The notes beneath the pieces were generated by a model, which did no database searches, had not been told where the DNA came from, and was given only the letters and a program-made list of their open reading frames with translations. A stretch of DNA of 64,000 nt from Patescibacteria group bacterium (GTDB lineage Bacteria > Patescibacteriota > Patescibacteriia > SBBC01 > CAIJZX01): assembly GCA_038065275.1 (NCBI GenBank), contig JBBTRH010000007.1, positions 2,873-66,872 on the forward strand. The letters are read 5' to 3'. How positions within the stretch are numbered: position 1 is the first letter of the stretch; each line of letters starts with the position of its first letter. Below are positions 32,081-40,730 of this stretch, piece after piece. The translations under genes and the position numbers were made by a program.

Positions 32081-32219
32081 AAAAAGGAGAGACACACTGG
32101 TGAGAGTGTGTCGTGGTAAGTAGGGGGGTTGATTGAGGTGGCCGTGGGGCGAAGGTTTTTTGGGAGCTTGGTGCTTCCGGAAACCATTTCGCTCGAGAGC
32201 TACCTCATTTCCTACTTAC
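32081..32219 (-). ncRNA. Candidate small structured RNA (~139 nt), class unknown
   Basis: A near-consensus sigma70 promoter lies just upstream on the minus strand. The transcript begins GUAAGUAGG, and a 9-bp terminal helix GUAAGUAGG/CCUACUUAC encloses the body. It ends with GACACACU-CUCACC-AGUGUGUC plus UCUCCUUUUU. No convincing ORF. Confidence 0.5.
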
Positions 32220-32225
32220 AGCTGA

Positions 32226-32254
32226 ATTATAGACCTATACGGTTTCTACGTCAA
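32226..32254 (-). promoter_or_regulatory. Sigma70-type promoter TTGACG-N17-TATAAT for the candidate sRNA
   Basis: On the minus strand, TTGACG (32254-32249), a 17-nt spacer, then TATAAT (32231-32226). Confidence 0.55.
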
Positions 32255-32316
32255 GAGGTATTTTTCTTAGGAAAAACCAGGTGTTTTCTACCGCCGTGTA
32301 TCCAAAAAAAGGTTAT

Positions 32317-32346
32317 CCACAAAAAGACCTCGGAATTTCTTCCGAG
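32317..32346 (-). terminator. Intrinsic terminator of the exonuclease gene
   Basis: Minus strand: CCTCGGAA-GAAA-TTCCGAGG followed by TCTTTTTGT. Confidence 0.65.
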
Positions 32347-32358
32347 GCGCAAGCACTA

Positions 32359-32964
32359 TCATGCCGATTGACGACGGGCGTTCAACCGGGCGTCGATCTG
32401 AACTTCGTATCGAGCGCCGGCCAGCCCGCGGTGCGGTTTGGCTTCTTCACCCAGTCCGAGGTACGCGCCGACGGACGAGAGTGACAACTTGGTGATGCGG
32501 CCGGCCAGGAAATCCGGCCGCAGGGCTTCGCTGGCCTTGGTCATCAGGCAGTGCCAGTGGTAGTCGCCCCGCCATTCCCGACCGTAGCGGTAGAAATAGT
32601 CGGCCAGCCAGCGGAACTCGAAGCTGACGTTATACGCCCAGGGCACACATCCGGCGCAGAACGCGTTGAGCTGATCAAGCGCCTGCTCCGCCAGAATCGC
32701 GTCAACCCACTCGGCGAAGGTGAAACCGTTGTAGCGATGGTACGACAGCTCCTCTTCCGACCTGCCGAACGGATTGGCGACCCCGAACATGAGGTTGAGT
32801 TCGGCCAGCGCGTCGCCGCTGACCGGATCGACTTTCACCAGTCCGGCTTCACAGACCTCGCCCCCTTCGGCCAGGCTGTCGCCGGTGGTTTCCAGATCAA
32901 TAAAGACCCTTGGCAAAGCGATGAAATCGGCCGTGCCGCTGACACGGTTGGGGCGCATACTCAT
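32359..32964 (-). CDS. DEDDh-family 3'-5' exonuclease (DnaQ-like)
   Basis: Exo I motif VFIDLETTG. The C-terminal H-x4-D-like region is HRGLAGARYE. Confidence 0.75.
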   Translation of the reverse strand: MSMRPNRVSGTADFIALPRVFIDLETTGDSLAEGGEVCEAGLVKVDPVSGDALAELNLMFGVANPFGRSEEELSYHRYNGFTFAEWVDAILAEQALDQLNAFCAGCVPWAYNVSFEFRWLADYFYRYGREWRGDYHWHCLMTKASEALRPDFLAGRITKLSLSSVGAYLGLGEEAKPHRGLAGARYEVQIDARLNARRQSA

Positions 32965-33063
32965 TTATGTGCCTCCCTGTGAAAGATCAAACCCAAAAAG
33001 CATGGCTGGACAATACTCTATCTTTAGCAGAAGTCAAGCGCGTGTGTAAGACACCGTCGCCCT

Positions 33064-33250
33064 ACCTCCCCCGTCAAATAGTAACATTCGTACTTTCTAA
33101 TGCCATCATCTATACAAAACGTTTTTGGTTTTATCATAAACCCCCCTCCTCCCGCGCGGGCGGGAGGAGGGGTGCGTTTGGGGCAACGATTTCGCTAAAT
33201 GTGTAATTTATTTTGTAATTCAGACAATCAGTAACATTTGACGAGGGGGG
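33064..33250. mobile_element. MITE-like element, copy C (inverted relative to copy B)
   Basis: TIRs ACCTCCCCCGTCAAATA (33064-33080) and CATTTGACGAGGGGGG (33235-33250). Its interior is the reverse complement of copy B: GTAACATTCGTACTTTCTAATGCCATCATC versus GATGCTGGTAATAGAAAGCACGAATGTTAC, and the GGGAGGAGGGGTGCGTTTGGGGCAACGATTTCG block. Confidence 0.7.
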
Positions 33251-33254
33251 CGGG

Positions 33255-33959
33255 CTACGTCGTAGTCTGCAATGCCGCCTCAATCTTCGGAATGTCCGTC
33301 GGCGCCGTCAGGTCGAGCCAACGGTCTTCCAGCGCGACGACCTCGACCGCTTCGCGTCCGGCGATGACATTAATCGCGTCCGTAATTTCGTATTCGCCGC
33401 GCGGCGAAGGTTGTAATTGTTCGATGATCGGGAAAATAGCCGGGGTAAACAGGTACAGGCTGGCGTTGATTAAATCACCGACGAACTCGGTCGGTTTTTC
33501 AATAATTTTATCGAGCGTGCCGTCCGGTTTCTGTTTGAGAATGCCCATTCCTTGCCACTGCGGCGTCCGGTAGCCGCCGATAATCATCTGTCCGTCATAC
33601 CGCGTCATCTTCCGCAGGTCATTGACGCTGTAAAGGTTATCACCGGCGATGACGGCGAAAGGTTTGCCTCCGACCGCGGATTTAACGTTCTCTACGGCGG
33701 CGGCCGTACCGTAACGTTCATGGAAGCGGTGCTGTTCCGCTAAGCGAATGTCCGGCACATTTTTGTACATCGAAAAAGTATGGCCGTTGTGGCCGATGAG
33801 GATGACCAGGTCGGTAAACCCGGCTTGGCGGAGCCGGTCGAGCGTGTAGTCGAGGAACGGCCGCCCGAGCACCGGCAACAGGTGTTTCGGCTTATCCGAC
33901 GCTAAATCTTTCATTCGCGTGCCGCGCCCGGCGGCCATGATGACGACGGTGGAGACCAT
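33255..33959 (-). CDS. Sugar-phosphate nucleotidyltransferase (glucose-1-phosphate thymidylyl/uridylyltransferase-like)
   Basis: N-terminal MAAGRGTRM (G-x-G-T-R) nucleotidyltransferase motif. Confidence 0.75.
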   Translation of the reverse strand: MVSTVVIMAAGRGTRMKDLASDKPKHLLPVLGRPFLDYTLDRLRQAGFTDLVILIGHNGHTFSMYKNVPDIRLAEQHRFHERYGTAAAVENVKSAVGGKPFAVIAGDNLYSVNDLRKMTRYDGQMIIGGYRTPQWQGMGILKQKPDGTLDKIIEKPTEFVGDLINASLYLFTPAIFPIIEQLQPSPRGEYEITDAINVIAGREAVEVVALEDRWLDLTAPTDIPKIEAALQTTT

Positions 33960-33975
33960 GTGTAAAAAATAGTTG

Positions 33976-34500
33976 CTACATTCCTAAAGATATCGACTGA
34001 CCGTTCAGTATCGCCAGATCTCTTATGACGCTCCGTAATTCTTCATCACTCGTCGGGCCGATTGTTGCCGTTTCTTCTTGCGACACCCATTTAAATTCGG
34101 AATGATTATCGGGCTGGAGGGTGATCTTTTCGATCGGATCAATACACCTCGCAAAGTATACCACCTCGATGGAATGAGAACCCTTGATCTCGTTGGTATA
34201 TGTAAAGGCCGCGTACGGATCGCCAACGTTGATGTGCGCCCCCAGCTCTTCCCGCACCTCTCGCTTCAAACCCTCGACAATGTCCTCGCCCCAGTTGATA
34301 TGACCGCCTGGAAGTTCAAATACGCCTGGCAGGAATTTCTTGGTAGCCGCCCGTTTCGCGACCAACACTTTTTCCACCCCATCGATATTGTGGTGAATCA
34401 GCGCACAGGCGGTTATCACTTGCTGACCACGGGCTGGGGTTTCGCTGTCGTGGGAAGTTTTGCTCATAATATTGGCTACTGTACGAACGTCGGAAAACAT
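33976..34500 (-). CDS. NUDIX hydrolase
   Basis: Nudix box GLKREVREELGA. Confidence 0.8.
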   Translation of the reverse strand: MFSDVRTVANIMSKTSHDSETPARGQQVITACALIHHNIDGVEKVLVAKRAATKKFLPGVFELPGGHINWGEDIVEGLKREVREELGAHINVGDPYAAFTYTNEIKGSHSIEVVYFARCIDPIEKITLQPDNHSEFKWVSQEETATIGPTSDEELRSVIRDLAILNGQSISLGM

Positions 34501-34622
34501 CGTAGTCTGTACATTGTTTTCCGCGCCAGGTGGTGCCCTCTAGAACCTCTAATCGATCGCCGCACGAAGCCCCTGTCCTCGAGTGGAATCGACGCCTCGC
34601 AGTGATCCGTCCCGCCCCAGCC

Positions 34623-34697
34623 TGGTGCCCCCCAGAGGAATCGAACCTCTATCGCGAGATCCGGAATCTCGTGTCCTATCCGTTGAACGAGGGAGGC
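34623..34697 (-). tRNA. tRNA-Arg(CCG)
   Basis: The minus strand folds as a cloverleaf. Acceptor GCCUCCC/GGGGGGC (one G-U). D-arm GUUC/GGAC. Anticodon stem CGAGA/UCUCG with loop UUCCGGA, giving anticodon CCG. T-arm AGAGG-UUCGAUU-CCUCU. Discriminator A and an encoded CCA. 75 nt. Confidence 0.85.
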
Positions 34698-34843
34698 CCA
34701 GGCTGGGGCGGGATATCCGTTGAACTACGAGGGCACGGGTCTTGTGCGGGATGTGCGTTGCCGGGCGAAGCCGGGTCCGGCTCCGCCGGAAACGAGGGAG
34801 GCATCATCTAGTGCGGAACGGAAACAGCTTATCAGAAGTTTTC

Positions 34844-35851
34844 CTATTCATCAACCCCGCCCCGCATGCGCTTGGCCAACCGGTATGCCTGGTACCACTG
34901 TGGTTGCAGAATGGCGTTCAGTGACAACGGAAAAACGATCTGCCGTCCGCTAAACCCGCGTTTAAATCGTGTGATACCGGCCCATTTATGCGTCGGTTCA
35001 TCATCCGGCGCTATCCCCCACAGGTCGTATTCTTTCACTCCACGTTGGTGAGCCTGCTTGATCGTCTCCCACTGCAACAGATATGGCACCATGGCCTCTT
35101 TTGTGCTGTCATCGGAGCCACCATGCAGATAGGTAGCCGTCCGGCCGTGCCAGATGATCATATGCGCGGATCGAACAGCACCGTTATATTCTCCAAGAAT
35201 GAGTTCGGCCATGCCCGCCGTTTGTAGCACGGTGAACAGTTGGCGGTAGTATTGATCCTGATGCAATCGGATGCCCTGCCGCTGAGCAGTTTGATGCATT
35301 AAACCGAGAAACGTTTCCAGGTCTTGAAGCTCAGTACTCCATCGCACCGTCACCTTTTTCTTTTCCGCCAAACGAATATTGTAACGGGTTTTCGGATGCA
35401 TCGAGGCCAGTAGATCATCAGGCGATTGGGCCGTATCAATGACCAGGGTTTGTTGCGGTTGTAACGTTGTGCCCAATGTATATTTTCCGGCTAACTGCGT
35501 CACGTCATCGGCAAAATGATAAATTCCCGGATCAACTTTGACATACATAGCATTCTCTTTTTCTCCCAGACTCCGCATCGCAACGAACAGTGTTCGAGCG
35601 ACTTCCGACCTATCAGCCAGCGGGCCACGCGGACAGTATAAGTACGTTTTTCTGAGCAGTAGCTCGTGTCCGATCACTAACGCCGAACCGACCAACCGGT
35701 TTTCATCGAAAGCTCCCAGCCACCATATTGGCCGTCCGAGTACATGCTGAAACTCACCCCAAGTCCAGGATTGTAAAAATGGTTGCAACGGCTGGCGTCC
35801 GACCAGATCGTGTAGTGCCTCTTTGTCGTCAAGCGTACGGACGGTGACCAT
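34844..35851 (-). CDS. FemAB-family peptidyltransferase (peptidoglycan interpeptide-bridge formation)
   Basis: 335 aa with two GNAT-like halves and FemAB-like composition (…HGGSDDSTKEAMVPYLLQWETI…). Confidence 0.65.
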   Translation of the reverse strand: MVTVRTLDDKEALHDLVGRQPLQPFLQSWTWGEFQHVLGRPIWWLGAFDENRLVGSALVIGHELLLRKTYLYCPRGPLADRSEVARTLFVAMRSLGEKENAMYVKVDPGIYHFADDVTQLAGKYTLGTTLQPQQTLVIDTAQSPDDLLASMHPKTRYNIRLAEKKKVTVRWSTELQDLETFLGLMHQTAQRQGIRLHQDQYYRQLFTVLQTAGMAELILGEYNGAVRSAHMIIWHGRTATYLHGGSDDSTKEAMVPYLLQWETIKQAHQRGVKEYDLWGIAPDDEPTHKWAGITRFKRGFSGRQIVFPLSLNAILQPQWYQAYRLAKRMRGGVDE

Positions 35852-35855
35852 AGTT

Positions 35856-36410
35856 TTATCCGACGCGTTTCAGGGCTTGTTTGACGCGCTGTTCGATCGG
35901 CAGGGCCGGCGACGTCGTGGCGGCGGCTTCGCGGGCTTCTCGGCTCGTGTAACCGAGATTGACCAGCGCGTCAATGACGGTGCCCATGGCGCTATCGCCG
36001 GCCGCTTCATCGCGAACCAGTTTTCCTTTCAGGTCGACGATGATCCGCTCGGCGGTTTTGGTGCCGACGCCGGAAACTTTCGTCAGCAATCCGGCTTGAC
36101 CGCGTTCAATGGCCGCTTCCAAATCTTCGACGCTGGCCGCCGACAGCACCCCGAGCGCCAGGCGCGGCCCGACGCCGGACACGGTTAGGAGCTTCTCAAA
36201 GAGACGTCGCTCCGCGGCGCTCGCGAAGCCGTAGAGTTCAAGCGCATCTTCCCGCACGTGGAGATGGGTCGTCAACGCGGCTTCACTGCCGACCGGAAAC
36301 TGTTCCAGCGTGCGCGGCAACACAAAGAGACGGAACCCAACGCCGTGGACATCAACGGTCAGCGACCGCTCGTCGTGGGCCGTCACCAGGCCGCGGAGCG
36401 AAGCCAGCAT
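35856..36410 (-). CDS. ruvA: Holliday junction branch-migration protein RuvA
   Basis: OB domain at the N-terminus, two HhH motifs (LLTVSGVGPRLA, LTKVSGVGTKTAERI) and the C-terminal domain III. Confidence 0.9.
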   Translation of the reverse strand: MLASLRGLVTAHDERSLTVDVHGVGFRLFVLPRTLEQFPVGSEAALTTHLHVREDALELYGFASAAERRLFEKLLTVSGVGPRLALGVLSAASVEDLEAAIERGQAGLLTKVSGVGTKTAERIIVDLKGKLVRDEAAGDSAMGTVIDALVNLGYTSREAREAAATTSPALPIEQRVKQALKRVG

Positions 36411-36412
36411 CG

Positions 36413-38047
36413 CTAGGTGCTCCCCAACCGCAGACCGTTCTTCACCGTCCGCGGGAAGACGAAATAGTTCTGGATCTGCTCGAACTTTTTCTTCAGGCCG
36501 CTGTAACGGAAGACGCGGAGGCCGGGATCGCCGTTCCGGTATGTCCCGGTGATGATTTCTTCGCGGCCGTCGCGGTTGACATCCAGGACGGTCAACGTCA
36601 CGCCGCCCCGGTAGGCCTTCGACGTCGGCAAGAAGTGCGCTCGGAGTTTGCCGTTGATATCGAAGACGTTGATGTCCGAGTAATACCCCGGTCCGCCGAC
36701 GGTGATGATGTTCGCCCGGCCAGTGCCGAAGACGTCGCCGCTGGCCACGGTCAGCCCCGAAGTAAACTGGATGGGGTAGGGATTAAAGCGACGCACCACT
36801 TTCAGCTCATTCTTGTCATTCAGGTTGAGAATCGTTACTGAGCGGCCGTTGAGGCGCGGGGCCACGATGATCTCCGCCCGGGCATCGCCATCGAGATCGC
36901 CAGTTGCAATCGAGTACCCTTGACGCTGGGTCCGGTCGTAGGCGAACCCTTGGGCCAAGCTGGTGAATTTTTTCGTGGTCTGGTTATAAGTCCAAATACG
37001 AATCTGCGGGTAAGACTTGGCCGGAACGGTGATGAGCTCGTCAACACCGTCAGCGTTCACGTCGCCCGCCGCGACCGCCACCCCGGTTTTCCGCTCGGTG
37101 GAATAGGGATTGAAGCTGGTGACGAGCCGGCCGTCAGGCGTAAACACTTTCACCAGCGGGTCAGTGCCGGCGCCGGTTCCGACAATGACGTCGGCTTGAT
37201 GGTCCCCGGTGACGTCCCCCGCGGCGACGTTAATCCCGTTTCGATCTGATTTGGCGAACGCGTTGAACTGCTTGGTCGTTTTTTTCGTGACGGGGTCAAT
37301 CACCCGCACTGTCGGTTCGCGACCCGGAGCCAAACCGGCCACGATGATGTCCTTGATAACATGCACCGGTCCGCCGCCGGTCGGTGACGGTTTGTCGGGT
37401 GAAACAACAGGCCCAACGCATGATTGCTTGATCAGCGGCACGTCGAGTCCGGCCGGACAACCGTTGGTGGCGGTGCAAGTCCGGCTCTGGGTGCCGCTGA
37501 CACAGGCCGTCCATTCCGAACAGGTATAGGTTGGAACGCACGCCTGCAACGTGGCCGCGGTGGTTTTCGTAGCCACGTTAGACATGGTCGAGACGTTGCC
37601 GGCCTCATCGGTCGACTTCAAAGCGAAGAAGTACGTGGTGGCCGGTTGGAGGTTGGTGACCGTGGCGGTCTCGGTCGTGCCGGCCGGAGCCGGGATTGGC
37701 GGCCCAAGTACCAAGATGGCTGAATCGAAGGATGCTTCGGTGATCGGACTGGCGGCGTACCGCAGGTTGTAGCTGGTTGCTTGGCCGACGTTGCCGTCGT
37801 CACCAGGCGCCGTCCAGGTCAGCGTCACGGCCGTGGCCGTTGATGGCGCCGATTGTTCGCTGACCGGGCCCGGGATGAACAAAAACCCGGCGCCCGGACT
37901 GACGAACAGGGCGGTGCCGAGCGCCAGCGAGATGAGGCTGAGGGAAATGGCAATCAAGCCAATCGACACTTGATGGACGGTGTTGATTCGTTGCTTGGTG
38001 GCGATTTCTGTGCGGCGCGGGGGCATAAAGAATCGTGATAATAGCAT
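36413..38047 (-). CDS. Cell-surface protein with a fibronectin type III domain and FG-GAP/VCBS-like repeats
   Basis: N-terminal TM/signal anchor, FN3-like segment (…LTWTAPGDDGNVGQATSYNLRY…), then repeated GDVxxDGxxEII propeller blades. Start at the first in-frame ATG (Met6 of the tracked ORF, which begins at a TTG). Confidence 0.7.
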   Translation of the reverse strand: MLLSRFFMPPRRTEIATKQRINTVHQVSIGLIAISLSLISLALGTALFVSPGAGFLFIPGPVSEQSAPSTATAVTLTWTAPGDDGNVGQATSYNLRYAASPITEASFDSAILVLGPPIPAPAGTTETATVTNLQPATTYFFALKSTDEAGNVSTMSNVATKTTAATLQACVPTYTCSEWTACVSGTQSRTCTATNGCPAGLDVPLIKQSCVGPVVSPDKPSPTGGGPVHVIKDIIVAGLAPGREPTVRVIDPVTKKTTKQFNAFAKSDRNGINVAAGDVTGDHQADVIVGTGAGTDPLVKVFTPDGRLVTSFNPYSTERKTGVAVAAGDVNADGVDELITVPAKSYPQIRIWTYNQTTKKFTSLAQGFAYDRTQRQGYSIATGDLDGDARAEIIVAPRLNGRSVTILNLNDKNELKVVRRFNPYPIQFTSGLTVASGDVFGTGRANIITVGGPGYYSDINVFDINGKLRAHFLPTSKAYRGGVTLTVLDVNRDGREEIITGTYRNGDPGLRVFRYSGLKKKFEQIQNYFVFPRTVKNGLRLGST

Positions 38048-38132
38048 ACTGAAAAACCGCAAAAATGTGAAGGGGGGTCAACTGAAGGAATTTTCTAAAG
38101 CACCCGAGAAAATTGATGGATGTTTTTTAACG

Positions 38133-40730
38133 TTAGGGTTTACCTCTTATTTTCTTCGGATAAAGCTTTTTAGCTTGACCGATGACTTCCTTCGCCGCCC
38201 AGTCAGGAGCATCACCGAAACTTTCCAAGTTCGTTCCGTCCGGCGCATATGTTGATACGACTTGTCGGGCACCGGATCCGATGCCTCCAGCTTTCACAAT
38301 CGCGCCTAAAGATTTCAGCGACTCTTTGGCGGCAATGGTCGTGGCCGGATTATCACTGCCGCCATCGGCTGAAACCAAGACTAATCGTAAACGTTCCTTG
38401 CCTGAAGTATGTTCACTCGCGTCTTCTTGAATCATTCGTCGAACGGTCTGCAATCCCAAGTGATCGGGAGTTCCGCCGCCGACATTCTCCTGCAAAGATC
38501 TCCAAACCCTGGCTTGTTCTTTCGGCCCCCATGATGTGCCGAGCGGCAATTCCACCTTACCCGATCCACCTTGAAAACTCACTAACGCCACGCGCAAATC
38601 CAGCGGAGAAATCAACTTAATTTTCTGTCGTTTGAACTCCTGGGCCGCCCCGTACATGGAATCCATCATCAGGAACACGAACGTTTGCTGATCTTCCCAT
38701 TTCGGCCGACCACTGCTTGGATCGGTCTCAGACATGGACCCGCTTTTATCAACCGTCAAAAATGCATCAAACCCGCCGTAAATTTGTTCACGTTCCACCT
38801 TTCGTTCGTACTTGGAAAAACCCGACGGATCAGCCTCGCCGGCCGCCATATCCAAAACCGTTTCCACCGGATCAACGAGTTCCTGACCGCGAGAAAGTCT
38901 GATGGGTGCGGTGTATCTAATTCGGTTTACTAAATTATCTTGAATGACTTTTTGCCATTCCGCCAGCAACCGTGATCGAATATTCCGTCCTTGGTTGTCT
39001 CTCTTTTCTCGTGCTTCGGAAATCTTTCTCATAATTACCTTGGCCTCTTCTGGCGTACAATCGGCCTCGGCGGCAAAACGAAGTGCGGCCAGCTCCTCCG
39101 GCGCTCGCTCTTTCTGCTCCAGGGCTCGCTCAGCATCAGCCATCAGTTTTTCCAGCTGTTCGTCACTTAACACTTCCGCCTCTTGTTCGCCAAAATCACC
39201 TTCAAAAGCATCATCAGATTTTTCTTCGTCCGTTTCTTGGACGTCCATGTTTGGATCACCCGGCGGGGTGGCGTCTAATCTCTGCCAACGCTGGCCATCC
39301 CAGGCTTCCGCCCAGGCATGCGCCGTGCCGGAAGACATCACGGTGGCATTCTGCTTATCTTTTACTTTAACATAATGGCCGGATACCAGACACGATGGAA
39401 TTCCTATTCGGCGCAATAAAGCCACAAAGTAGGTGTTGGCGACATCGCAATCCGCCTGCCGGTGTTGCTCGATGCGTGAAAAGTATTCATTCGGGTCGCC
39501 GGACCGATAAACCGCATTGAAACTGGAATCATTGGAGTATTTTAGTGTGCTTCTGACAAAAGCCTTCAACGCCCGAGCTTTATCAAGAGCTGATTGATTG
39601 GATCTTACAATTTCTTCCAACTTACGTTGAGTTTCAGGAGAAAGAACTTCTGTCCCTGGCTGTGGCGCACTGGGGGCAACTTCTAAAACCGGTGTTGTAT
39701 TTTTACCAATCTCGGCTGAAAAAGAAATGAGTCCACGTTGCTTACTGGCGTCGATAATGAAACTGCCATGTCCATCACTTTTCACCGGCAAGACTTCACC
39801 ACCATGGGTCCGGATGGTTTGGACATCAGGCGCGTATCCATAAGGCATCGGAAGAATGGTTCTCTTGCCTCCATGTATCGTTCCGGCTACGGTTTTCCTG
39901 GTTTTTGCATCAAGCGACGTTTCTTCAACATCAGCAAGCGAGCTAGCCGACTTCTCCCAGCGCATGGCTCGATTGTTCCAGGTGTCAAAATCATCACCAC
40001 GGTAATACCCGCCGTAGAATGGTCGGACAGTGAAATATGCGCCCGGTTCATTCTCTTTGGATCGTTCCATCTCCTCCATGCTTGGGGTCAACGTGTCCTC
40101 TTGCGGCGGCGGAACATTCAAATCGGGTTGCTCCTGTTTCTGTTTCATGACTTCCGGCGGCGGTGGCTCCTGGGCTTTCGCTCGAGCTTCTTCCGTATCA
40201 CGAGATTCCAACCAATCCAGTGCTCCGGCTAATCGTGATTCAAACCATTGAAATTTGCTCCCGTAACTGATATTCCCTGAAGCCATCAGTTCAGAAACAT
40301 CAACCTCTCCTTCGGTCGATTGGCTCTTTACAATCCGGGTAAAAATCCGCTCCACCTCCGGGCGAACTTTTGGCATCGGCTGACCCAACTGCTTTGCCCG
40401 AAAACAAGAGAGGAGTTCGTTAACCCGATTTGGTTCAAGGCCAGTTGGTTCAGTTTGAGCCATGACTTCCGCCTGTAAGGCTTCAGTGTTTTCTGGGGAC
40501 GCCCTGACCGATCGATCGTATGCGCCGAGGGTTTCAAAAACGTGTTTCGCCGTCCGGGCTGATTTGCTCCGCTTGCCCAGCGATTGCCAAGAGCGCAGGC
40601 CGGCAATTCCCTCTCTTGATTGTAGGGCCTGGCCGATAGCCGCATTTTTGGCCTGGCGAAAAGCGTCTTTGGCGTCAAAACTGGCGATCTCTGGTTGTTC
40701 GGGATGACGACTTAATTCCGGGTTAGACAT
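38133..40730 (-). CDS. Large protein with transglutaminase-like cysteine-protease core and C-terminal von Willebrand factor A domain
   Basis: TGc core …QADCDVANTYFVALLRRIGIPSCLVSGHYV…GTAHAWAEAWDGQRWQRLDATP (Cys-His-Asp). vWA with MIDAS motif VDKSGSMS. Its start overlaps the RT stop by 8 bp. Confidence 0.75.
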   Translation of the reverse strand: MSNPELSRHPEQPEIASFDAKDAFRQAKNAAIGQALQSREGIAGLRSWQSLGKRSKSARTAKHVFETLGAYDRSVRASPENTEALQAEVMAQTEPTGLEPNRVNELLSCFRAKQLGQPMPKVRPEVERIFTRIVKSQSTEGEVDVSELMASGNISYGSKFQWFESRLAGALDWLESRDTEEARAKAQEPPPPEVMKQKQEQPDLNVPPPQEDTLTPSMEEMERSKENEPGAYFTVRPFYGGYYRGDDFDTWNNRAMRWEKSASSLADVEETSLDAKTRKTVAGTIHGGKRTILPMPYGYAPDVQTIRTHGGEVLPVKSDGHGSFIIDASKQRGLISFSAEIGKNTTPVLEVAPSAPQPGTEVLSPETQRKLEEIVRSNQSALDKARALKAFVRSTLKYSNDSSFNAVYRSGDPNEYFSRIEQHRQADCDVANTYFVALLRRIGIPSCLVSGHYVKVKDKQNATVMSSGTAHAWAEAWDGQRWQRLDATPPGDPNMDVQETDEEKSDDAFEGDFGEQEAEVLSDEQLEKLMADAERALEQKERAPEELAALRFAAEADCTPEEAKVIMRKISEAREKRDNQGRNIRSRLLAEWQKVIQDNLVNRIRYTAPIRLSRGQELVDPVETVLDMAAGEADPSGFSKYERKVEREQIYGGFDAFLTVDKSGSMSETDPSSGRPKWEDQQTFVFLMMDSMYGAAQEFKRQKIKLISPLDLRVALVSFQGGSGKVELPLGTSWGPKEQARVWRSLQENVGGGTPDHLGLQTVRRMIQEDASEHTSGKERLRLVLVSADGGSDNPATTIAAKESLKSLGAIVKAGGIGSGARQVVSTYAPDGTNLESFGDAPDWAAKEVIGQAKKLYPKKIRGKP

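Noticed and set aside
32081-32219. Assigning the candidate sRNA to SRP (4.5S) RNA
   Set aside because: It contains UCCGGAAGCA, but the conserved helix-8 asymmetric and symmetric loops and the GGAAGCAGC segment are absent. Class left open.
34557-34622. A second tRNA immediately 3' of tRNA-Arg
   Set aside because: The sequence has T-arm-like fragments but does not fold into an acceptor/T-stem cloverleaf. It is treated as a decayed duplicate.
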